A stretch of DNA of 63,277 nucleotides, counting the filler, from Octopus bimaculoides (Eukaryota), in assembly GCF_001194135.2 (NCBI RefSeq). It is 7 parts of 6 records of this genome, joined end to end, with 100 filler letters (N's around TTAATTAATTAA, not from the genome) between each part and the next. Parts side by side here need not be neighbours in the genome. Positions count along the whole stretch, not along the records: positions 24,518 to 41,823 come from NC_068992.1; 6 more parts are not named here. One strand, written 5' to 3'. Positions 25,442-35,839 of this stretch are shown here, in pieces. The notes under the pieces are model-generated. The model did not search any database. It was not told where the DNA came from and was given only the letters and a program-made list of their open reading frames with translations. The translations under genes and the position numbers were made by a program. Position 1 is the first letter of the stretch. Every line of letters begins with the position of its first letter.

Positions 25442-25473
25442 ATTGGTACAGCATCTTCTGTTGCTTTAGAAAC
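25442..25473. promoter_or_regulatory. Candidate RFX X-box (GTTGCTTTAGAAAC, 25460-25473) with a neighbouring CCAAT box (25442-25446)
   Basis: One mismatch to the GTYNCY-AT-RGNAAC X-box consensus; lies upstream of DCDC1 exon A and downstream of the GPCR stop. Confidence 0.35.
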
Positions 25474-25651
25474 GAATATTAGCTACAACACAACAAACGT
25501 GAATCCAACAATCATTTTATAATGGCCTCGTATATATTCTTATATATATAAGCCTTTAAAATATATATATACAAACATACATATATATATATATATACTT
25601 AAATTCATATATATACATATATATGCATATATATGCATATATATGTATATT

Positions 25652-25746
<95 letters not shown>

Positions 25747-26404
25747 GTAAGTATATTTAGTAGTACTTTTATATTATTCGGGTAGACAGCTTGTAGCATG
25801 CTGTTTAAAGCCCGTCCACAGTATTCGACTACCTGGTGTCAACGCCAATATGGAGGAATATGCTACTGGATTTAGTTCAGCAATTGCTTTGTGTCCGTAG
25901 CCTTTACATACAAAGATGAGAGACAGAAAATTGAATCCACAAGACTTTATTCAGAGCCTCTACAATCATTTCAACTGGTTTTACATCCGTACCTTACAGG
26001 TGAGATCCTGTATAATCGATTTTCATGCATTATAGATGCAGATACTTCTACAGAAGGAACTTTTCAAGAAAGAGTTGGTCTTTTTCTTGCCATTTCGCTT
26101 TATGTTTTCTAACAGAGCATTTTATTTCTGCGTAGCTTTCCACCCGCTTACTTTATTATGCATTTTTATGGTTTTATTGCTTATATGCGAAAAATTCTTG
26201 CATTCTATCTCAGTTAATTATGGGGACAGATGAACTACCATACTAACTAAAATGGATTGTGATAGAAACAAACGTATCGCACCTATAATGCATGACAACT
26301 GATTATACACATCTCGCCTGTAAGATACGGTCCCATGATGAGTGAAAAGATATTAGTGGTTCTGAGTCAAGTGCTCTCGTGAATTCCATTTTCTGGCTCT
26401 CATC

Positions 26405-26447
<43 letters not shown>

Positions 26448-26633
26448 ATATGCATATCTATATACTGTTTGTAATTACATTATGTATATGACCATGAATC
26501 CGATTTTATTGAAGTGACGATTTCATGTTTGATACTGTATGATGTATGGTCCTCGTTGCATAAGTCTCTTTTCGTGTGTGATTTGAGCCCATTGCCTTAG
26601 AAAAATACAAGGTGTTTATCCATTGCTCTATGA

Positions 26634-28052
26634 TCAGCAGGATGCTGGCACATCAGTGTACCAGAGACAGCGAGGTCTGATCACCTGTTTGCGGAACGAT
26701 AACATTTTCTGCAATTCTTTCTTAAACATCGGGTTCATGAAAGCGTATATGAATGGATTGACGACATTGTACAAAAAATATGAGTTGAATATAATTTTGT
26801 TGGCCGGAAGCAATTGCATCGCTGTTAGCCATGCTGGAAGGAATACGACAATAAATACTACAGTGACTACGAATAGCATAGCAGCCGTTCGAACGTTGGC
26901 CATTAGTAACCGCTCTCTGGGAGGAACTTTATGCCTCATCGCCACACGTCTGATGCTACTCGATGAAGAGGAAGCAGCAGCGACAGCAGCTGCTGCCGCA
27001 ACTACTACCGGTGAAGGTCGTGGCATATCGGCGAGAAACCTTGTTTCCGTTGTGTCTCCTTCCTCCTCATTAGCGTTGAAACTCGTCAGTCGTCTAAGTG
27101 AACGTGACTTGTGTCTCCTAATTCGACGAGTGACTAGAAAACGATATATAAGAACATATAACACTAGAACTATACAGAAATCAGCGAGAAACAGAAACGC
27201 GTATATCTTTTGATAAATGTGACGAAATCGTCTGCTTAACAATATTTCCGAGGGTTGACAAAATCCCGTGTAGTAAAAAGTAGCATCTGTGCCAGTGTTT
27301 GTAAATGTTATTATATTCTTTGTCGTATTCATAATAGAAGAGAAAGCGTTTCGTAATGATTGCTGTGAGGTAGTCTGCAATCCGTGTTCATCTGGTGAGG
27401 CATTTATTTCGTAATCATATTCGTAATATCCTTTGCAAACTATAGTATAAGGTTCGGTCGTGTTATCTATGAAGCAATCTGCTGGAAAAGAGGAATCGTT
27501 AAAGTAAGCCCCTCTGTTTTCTTTTAATGTGTAAACAGCATGCATTAAACTTGTAATGGTTCCGAGACATGCTGCAAATACTATGAGAACAATTATAATG
27601 ATTTTGGCTTTTCTGCGATTCATTATGTTCCTCAGTGAATGACAAATGCAGAAATAGCGGTCAAATGCAATGGCCACCATAACAAAAGAAGAGAGCGGAA
27701 CATTGAAGGTTATGAGAAATATGTATATCTTACAAAGAGCTTCGTATTGTATCCCGTAATTGATGTATTCCATGATTACAGTAAAAGGGATGATTATCAA
27801 GCATGTTATACAATCGATTCCAGCGAGAGATAAAATGAATATTGTCGATGATACTTTGTCTTTACGGCGTAAGAATACATGAAGAACAATTGAGTTTCCA
27901 AACGTTCCGACAACACTAAATACAGACAACATACAAATAACTGGTAAAGTTGTATTATCTTCATGAATATCTCCTGCTGTGGTCGAATGAAATGTTTCTG
28001 AGATGTTGTCAGTAGTTTTAACGGGAGGGTCTGTGCTCCACTTTTGCTCCAT
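26634..28052 (-). CDS. Class A (rhodopsin-like) 7TM GPCR, uninterrupted CDS, orphan/peptide-receptor-like, 472 aa
   Basis: Seven hydrophobic segments with GNxxV (TM1), LAxxD (TM2), Cys at the start of TM3, DRY, FLP (TM6) and NPFIY (TM7); N-terminal NxS/T sequons; poly-Ala/Ser in ICL3. Confidence 0.96.
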   Translation of the reverse strand: MEQKWSTDPPVKTTDNISETFHSTTAGDIHEDNTTLPVICMLSVFSVVGTFGNSIVLHVFLRRKDKVSSTIFILSLAGIDCITCLIIIPFTVIMEYINYGIQYEALCKIYIFLITFNVPLSSFVMVAIAFDRYFCICHSLRNIMNRRKAKIIIIVLIVFAACLGTITSLMHAVYTLKENRGAYFNDSSFPADCFIDNTTEPYTIVCKGYYEYDYEINASPDEHGLQTTSQQSLRNAFSSIMNTTKNIITFTNTGTDATFYYTGFCQPSEILLSRRFRHIYQKIYAFLFLADFCIVLVLYVLIYRFLVTRRIRRHKSRSLRRLTSFNANEEEGDTTETRFLADMPRPSPVVVAAAAAVAAASSSSSSIRRVAMRHKVPPRERLLMANVRTAAMLFVVTVVFIVVFLPAWLTAMQLLPANKIIFNSYFLYNVVNPFIYAFMNPMFKKELQKMLSFRKQVIRPRCLWYTDVPASC

Positions 28053-28436
28053 GGTTCAGAAAGATTTCGTTATATTTCAAATGTCAGAGGGGACAGGGAT
28101 ATTTATTAAAATCGATAACTATTAAAACTTTATTGTATACGACTTCTACAATTCCGAGATAATTGAGGAATTATCAATTTTTCTTGGTAAGACAATATAT
28201 TTTTGAATAAACACGACTGCAGAGATGAAACTTTTATAAATGTATATAAACCCATAGCTTTTGGTTTTTAAACAGAAATTCCTTAATATTCCATTTGATA
28301 TCATTCTATAACTATTAATATACGTTAGAACGTGTAATAAATTTGAATTCTCTTGTAGTGCTTTTGGTTTCGTGCTGTTCTGGTTTTGGTTCTGGTTCTG
28401 TGTTTTTCTGTCTTCTGCTTATCTTCTTTTGTGTAA

Positions 28437-28460
28437 CTAAAACGAGATAAAAAAAAATAT
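28437..28460 (-). promoter_or_regulatory. Probable splice acceptor of a GPCR 5'UTR intron
   Basis: Minus strand tttttttttatctcgttttag|ttacac, about 385 nt upstream of the GPCR ATG. Confidence 0.45.
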
Positions 28461-29309
28461 GTATATATTAAAAATGAAACGAAATGGATTTATTTAAGGT
28501 ATAATTGAAATCTAGTAGTAACGCATTTTAAAATAGCTTTTATCTACAAACTAGTATGCAGGCGCATGCATAAATGCGTACAAAGTGCCACACACGTAAC
28601 CACTGACAACCTGAATATCACATTGCCGACTCTTTACATATTCAATGTTAACAGACACAACTGGTGCTTCTAAACATAAGACACTAAGTCCATAAGTGTA
28701 CAACTGTGGAGATCACACATACATACATCCATCCATCCATCCATCCATCCAAACATACATACATACACGTGTGTGCGTCTGTGTGTATTCTGCCCTACGG
28801 CAATATTTACATAGTGATTATGCGTAAATAACTATTAAAAGTAATTTTGGAGGCAAACATCTCTGGGAAGACTTCTGATGGAAAATATGTGCCTAAAGAG
28901 CAATATCAATTATGGCAAGAATTACTGATATGTGTTTGAATACGGCTGCACCGAATTTATACTAAATAACATGTTTGAATAACCAACATTCGAGGAAAAT
29001 ATAAGCACATACACAAGCTCATTAGGACGATGAGACACAATTGTAAAAAAATAGTTTAAGGTATTTATTGGACAATAGAATAAAACTGATACTAGTGATA
29101 ACTGTCTTAGAGGTTTGGAAACAAAGGTTGTTCTTGAAAACATTTAAATTCAGAGTGTAGAAAAATAACCGTTAATTTTCCATGAGATTTAATTTAGCAT
29201 TGTGTCATATTAAGTAAATAACCATTTTACTGTCATAATTTTGTTTGTTCTCTGCACAGAGCATTTATTTCGCCGGTTAACATGGTTCTGGATTTTTTGT
29301 GAATTTCGA

Positions 29310-29650
29310 TGGTTTTTTTTTTTTAACGACCATGCTGAGGAACCGCCTGGAAGGGTTTAATCTAACAAATCGACCCCGGTATCTATATTTAAGCCTTGTA
29401 GTATTTTATCGGTCTCTTTTTGCCGAATCGCTAAGTTACCAACCGACATCAGTTTGCAAATGATGGTGATGGACAAACAGAACCGCGCTTAGGTATATAG
29501 ACACAAACACACGCATATGACGGGAATTTTTCATTGTTCTTCTACCAAGCCACTCAAAAAGCCCTGGTTTACCAGGAGCTATAGTAGAGAACACTTGCCC
29601 AAGGTGCGGTGCAATGGAAACCAAGTTGCGAATATTTGGTTGAGAAGCAA
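29310..29650 (-). mobile_element. SINE family A copy (CpG retained)
   Basis: tcgaccccgg...gccgaatcgctaagttac...cacttgcccaaggtgcgg. Confidence 0.75.
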
Positions 29651-30968
29651 GTTTCTTATAACATGACCTCACTGGCGCCTTTGCTTGGAAGTTAGTTAAG
29701 GAAAGCAGGGAATCGAAATCGTCGCTGTCTTGTCTCATTACTCTTTGTTGTTTGTTCATGAACAGCATACACACTGAAGCATTATTAATATTGTTCTATA
29801 AAGGAACGAAGAAAAATCTCTTTAAATGAAAGAAACACCAAGAAAAACACATTCCCATGTGTTTCAACATGAAATAGAAAGAAACAATGCTCCTTTATCT
29901 GTGTAATATGCTTGACATTTTTACAAATGTTTCCTAGAAATTGCAATTAATATAATTAATTGCATTGCGCGAATGTTTTCTGTTTATTTATAGACGACTA
30001 TTTTAACATCTTCTGCCTGAAGTGCTTGTATTTGCTTTATAATGTAATCGTAGAAATAAATCCTGTCAAGACATTTCTTTCGACTGGAAAAAAAAATTCC
30101 TGCATGGTGTAAGAACAAACTGCATATTCGACATTACATAAATTTATTTGTATTCATTCGTGTATGTATTTATGTATAACGCTATCGTAATATACAAACG
30201 GCGATACATGGAATGAAATTACGTAAACATTTCCTATGTAATCTCAATGTGTTCTATTTGTATGTTGCGTTGTTGCTTGCGTCAAGAAGCTGATAGAATT
30301 ATCAAGGCCGGCAGCTATTTTCTTTGTACAATCATATATACAATATACATGATGCATGTATCTGATATCTGAATCTCTAAACAAGCATCCTTAATATCTC
30401 TGAGTTTGCTAGGAATAGCAACCTAATTTTCATCAGGCCATAATTTGCTATCTCCATGAAGAAGGCCATTATTTTATATATAGTATCATTCAGAATGCAG
30501 AATAATCCAGTTGGAATTCTTTTCTGTGTATATAGGTCTACTCATTTAGGAATGACAGCTTTAGTCATGGCTACAACGCATTGGAAACAGAAAAATGCGA
30601 ACTGCTAAACTTTCATCCAGTCCGCCACGTTTTTCACCTTCGCTTTTGTATTTACGATTATTTGTCACAACATGAAGGTGCGTGCGCCAGTGGTAACGGT
30701 GCACCATTCATGGCCGCACTATCGTGGTGTTCTTGAGTAAGGCACTCCATTTCATATTGCCTCACTCGGCTGTAAATGCGTACCCCTCAAACGGACTGAC
30801 GTCGCGTTCATCAGGGAGATCGTGGTGTCCATTAAGTATACGCCATGAAAACCGAGTAACCTGTCTTTTGACTCCTACCGCATGAAGACAGTAATGTCTG
30901 GAAAACTTACTTGTCACACCAAATCTCTTTATCGCCAGTACCCATGTACTTAAGTGTGCGTATGCGCA

Positions 30969-31186
30969 CGAGGGGGTGCTGAAAGGTTCCTGGCTTTAAG
31001 GGTATCGGGAAATGCCTGATTGGAGGCCCAACCTTCTGAGTTATTTTTGAGTGCTTAGAAAAACTGAAGGATAGCTGCAATAAATGTGTGAATCTGAGAG
31101 GGGAATATGTTGAATAAAATCAGAATTAACAAATATTCCACTATTTTCTTTTATCCGAAGCCAGGAAGTTTTCTGCAAAACCCTTG
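30969..31186 (+). mobile_element. Mariner-derived MITE (about 218 bp)
   Basis: Imperfect TIRs CGAGGGGGTGCTGAAAGGTTCCTGGCTT / AAGCCAGGAAGTTTTCTGCAAAACCCTTG; interior encodes LEKLKDSCNKCVNLRGEYVE, like a mariner C-terminus. Confidence 0.75.
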
Positions 31187-32610
31187 TATGCCCTTGTGTG
31201 TGCGGACACGTGTGTAAGATAGAGGGAGACAAAGACGCGGGGAGAGCTCTAGCGACAGATACAATCATAATGAACAGTCACAAACTCACACAGCAATGAC
31301 TACTTAACAAGTATTACTACAATCCGGGCATCGAACAGAAACACAACGTAGTAGAGAAATGTGTCTGTCATTATGAGGTGTGTAAACATTTATATAGACT
31401 TGAAGTGAAAAGTAGCACGTTGTACAAATTCTGTCACCAGTCATAACATTAAGATAGCAAATAGTTCTATGTTAACAGTATCATTAGACAAAAGATCGAA
31501 TATATATACGTTCTTATAAATCGACAGTTACTTATTCGCAACCTGTGTCTTTTTGGAAGCAATCGCCATGTAGACCGCAATTAAATATTGAAATATTGCC
31601 CAGTTTCACGGGAATAGGAAGGTCAATTGAGATATGTAACTGTCTGTAAACACGTTTGATATGAAAAACTGGTTTGTATAAGTCTAAAAGCTAATTAAGG
31701 CTGAATTTAATTAAAATTACTTTAAAGAATGTATTTCTCTCATCATGATGATCACATAAGAAACACATTTTCTTCCAATCAGCTTCAACCACTCGTATAG
31801 GTATATATACATACACAAATACACGTTCATGAAATACACTCCAATCACACAGAAACACATAAAAGCACACGCATAAACACACGCTCACATGTTTGAGCTT
31901 GCAGAAATAATGTAGTGTGAGCAGTGGCATAAACATAGTCAAGAATGATGTCTAAATATATACTGAAATATAGAAGATAATTGTTTTACTTTATAGAAGC
32001 CATATTAGCTACAAGCAGATGAGGAGGGGAGATAATCTTAGGAATCAAATACTCTCTAAAATTGATGACTACAAAAGAAAAACGCAGCTTTTGCCAGGAG
32101 AAACAAAAATGATACATGGTTCTGTCTCAATAGCCGTCACTGGCACACATACATACACACACACACACAGATATATATATTCTTTGATTCTTATATTACT
32201 TTACTTGTTTCAATTATTCGACTGTGGCCATGCTTAAAGGGTTATTCCATAAAAACCGACCTCATTAGTCGAAAAACACCGCCCTTATTCTTTGTAAGCC
32301 TAGTACTCACTCTATCGGTTTCTTTTGCCAAACTGCTAATTTATGGGAGCGTAAACGCTCCAACATAGGTTCTCAAGTGATGGTGGGGACAAATACAGAC
32401 ACATAAATATATACATATACATGTGTGTGTATGTGTGTGTTTGTGTGTGTATGTGTATTTATATGTACGTATGTATTATATATGCATGTGTGTATGTATA
32501 GTTAGTTCAAATAAACAAGCCAATTCAAATAAACGAATCATAAAATTAACAAACGACAGGAGGACTTGCACAAGGAATGCATTAGCTTCACACTCAGTAA
32601 AAAGAGGGAG

Positions 32611-32646
32611 CTTTTGACGTTTCGAGCATAGCTCTTCGTCGGAAAG
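32611..32646 (-). ncRNA. Minimal type I hammerhead-ribozyme-like motif (variant core CCGACGA)
   Basis: Minus strand ctttc-CGACGA-a-gagc-tat-gctc-GAAA-CGUC-aaaag: intact stem II, palindromic ACGU helix III, GUC triplet; weak stem I. Confidence 0.45.
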
Positions 32647-32746
32647 AAGAAAGTGGAAAGTTCAAAGAGGGAGAAGAAATCGCCAACAGAAAGTGTGTAG
32701 TTCCATTACTGAAGATTATATATATATATATATCTATATATATATG

Positions 32747-32800
<54 letters not shown>

Positions 32801-33332
32801 ATCTTCAGCAATGGAACTACAAATGTGCTGTTGGCGATTTCTTTTCCTTCTTTGAATATAGAGAACGAGCAGAAAGATAAATTTTATTCAACNNNNNNNN
32901 NNNNNNNNNNNNNNNNNNNNNNNNNNNNNNNNNNNNNNNNNNNNNNNNNNNNNNNNNNNNNNNNNNNNNNNNNNNNNNNNNNNNNNNNNNNNNNNNNNNN
33001 NNNNNNNNNNNNNNNNNNNNNNNNNNNNNNNNNNNNNNNNNNNNNNNNNNNNNNNNNNNNNNNNNNNNNNNNNNNNNNNNNNNNNNNNNNNNNNNNNNNN
33101 NNNNNNNNNNNNNNNNNNNNNNNNNNNNNNNNNNNNNNNNNNNNNNNNNNNNNNNNNNNNNNNNNNNNNNNNNNNNNNNNNNNNNNNNNNNNNNNNNNNN
33201 NNNNNNNNNNNNNNNNNNNNNNNNNNTATATATGCTGTTCAGTATCTATGCGTTAAGTAAAATTTATCTTTCTACTTGTTCTACGATACATTTCAACGCT
33301 TCGAAAAGAAACTTGTGTGTTTACATACAGCG

Positions 33333-33366
<34 letters not shown>

Positions 33367-33799
33367 CCCAGACAGCTACTTTGATTCCAGTGTATGACGG
33401 ACAAGCTTTTCCATCAACTAGATGGCGTAATCATTGGTTTAAAGTATGAAGTATCTAAGAATCCCGCCGATAGTTGTACATTTTACGCTATAGCAACATG
33501 GAAGCAATATAAGACTGTTTGAACAAGTTTAAACCTTTCAATTACATGCACAGCCCTTCTGAAGTGCTTCTACGTAGTTTGCTTTAACCCAGTATTTCTT
33601 AAAAGCTCCAGATGCCTCACAGAATGAGATCGAACCCGTGACCTCATGCTTATGAGAAGTACTTTTTAGCATCCAACCATGCCTAGATGAAAAGTGTGAG
33701 TTTATGCACTTTAAACCACACACACACACACACACACTCATACACACACACACACACATACACACACGCACACACACACACGAATACAAACACACACAA

Positions 33800-33841
<42 letters not shown>

Positions 33842-34693
33842 GCACACACAGATAAAGAGAGAGAGAGAGATAAATAGATAGATAGTTTTGTTTGAAAAGC
33901 AACATCTCATAAAATTTAAATAATATGTCAGGCCAAATATTTGCATGGTTATTCTTCATTAATTTCAAAGGAAATATATAAAAAAGTAAACAAACAACTC
34001 AAATGACTTGTAGAAGACAATCTAAAATAAATCAGAATATTGAAAAAGATCAAATGACTGTGATATGCATTATTTTTTCAATACACTCATCCACACCAAC
34101 ACGCTCAAACACTCATATGTACATATATGAAATAGATTCAATTTTTTCTTTATTGGTTTCCCTTCAAATCTCAAGACATTTGTGGTAATTATTTGAAATT
34201 ATCCCATTAGATTTTGGTTTCATTGTTTTTATTTTTCGTCCTGTTTTCTTCATCGCAATCTCATTTTTTTAATTTCTTCCATTTCCTATCTCACCAAATA
34301 TTTCTTAATGCGTCTATCATATTCCTTTATGCGTCTATCATTTTTACTATAAAAATTTTTTTTAGAGATGTTTTACTCCTATTTCTTTAATAATTGTTTA
34401 CGGCTGAAATCTTCACAAGACTTTCTCAGTGTATACCGAATGCAACATCATTTTATCTCGCTTTGAACCTTCATCGCCATGTTTTATGTTCAAGATTAAT
34501 ACAAATGACGTGAGGAAATTCAACTGCTTCACTGTAGGCCGGTAATGATTTTGCGAGATATTAAAATACCAGCAAAAGAATTGTGCACAACGGGCGAGTC
34601 TTATCAAAGAGATACGTTTGTTTGAATTTTTGAATTGCTTCTTTCCAATAAATAATATATCTGGACTCAGGGATGGCTACGTTAACAAAATGG

Positions 34694-34736
<43 letters not shown>

Positions 34737-35149
34737 NNNNNNNNNNNNNNNNNNNNNNNNNNNNNNNNNNNNNNNNNNNNNNNNNNNNNNNNNNNNNNNN
34801 NNNNNNNNNNNNNNNNNNNNNNNNNNNNNNNNNNNNNNNNNNNNNNNNNNNNNNNNNNNNNNNNNNNNNNNNNNNNNNNNNNNNNNNNNNNNNNNNNNNN
34901 NNNNNNNNNNNNNNNNNNNNNNNNNNNNNNNNNNNNNNNNNNNNNNNNNNNNNNNNNNNNNNNNNNNNNNNNNNNNNNNNNNNNNNNNNNNNNNNNNNNN
35001 NNNNNNNNNNNTTTGAACAAATATTTACACGGTATCATTTATAGTTTTATCTCGTTTGAGTTCAACCGCTACAAATAGATATATTTCCAAGTTTCTCAAT
35101 CTTTATAACGACGTGTGTGTATGTTTGTGTGTGTGTATGCGTGTGCGTG

Positions 35150-35757
35150 TTTGGCTTTCATCCTTTCGAGTGTCGATAAATTAATTACCAGTCAAGTACT
35201 GAGGTAGATGTGATCGAGTTTCGCTCTCCCCTAAAATTTCAGGCCATATGCCTTTGGTAGACAGGTTTATTATCATTATTATTAAGGTGGTGAATCGCTT
35301 AGCGGTATTTCATCAGAAACGTTAGCACACCGGGCGAAATGCTCAGCGGTATTTCGTCTGCCACTGCGTTCTGAGTTCAAATTCCGCCGAGGTCGACTTT
35401 GCCTATCATCCTTTCCCGGGTCGATTAAATAAGTATTTACGCACTGGGGTCGATGTAATCGACTCAATCTTTTTCCCTAAATTTGAGGCCTTCCAGTAGA
35501 AAGGATTATTATTCAGGTGGCCATCTGCCAGAATCGTTAGCACACCGGGAAAATACTTAACGGTATTTCGTCCATATTTACGTTCAGAGTGCAAATTTCA
35601 TGTGATTGATTTTGCCTGTCATCATTTCGTGTAGGATAAATTCAGCACCAGTTGAGCACTGGGATCGATGTAATCAACTATCCTCTTCCTCTCAAGTTGT
35701 AGGATTTATGCCTATAGTAGGCATAATATTATTAAGATGGCGAGATGGCAGAATCAT
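35150..35757 (+). mobile_element. Head-to-tail run of SINE family C copies; other copies near 4790-4905, 10500-10670, 21700-21825, 21975-22145, 58180-58285
   Basis: Unit ggtggcga(g)ctggcagaatcgttagc...gttctgagttcaaattccgccgaggtcgactttgcc...(tta)n, period about 225 bp. Confidence 0.75.
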
Positions 35758-35781
35758 TCTATATATATGTATATATATTCG

Positions 35782-35839
<58 letters not shown>

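Noticed and set aside
25991-26030. Possible ATG-containing phase-2 first exon for DCDC1 (MKIDYTGSHL)
   Set aside because: Weak donor context, lies in the likely GPCR 3'UTR, no homology support.
26623-27213. 196-aa plus-strand ORF
   Set aside because: Antisense shadow of the GPCR CDS; no recognisable domain.
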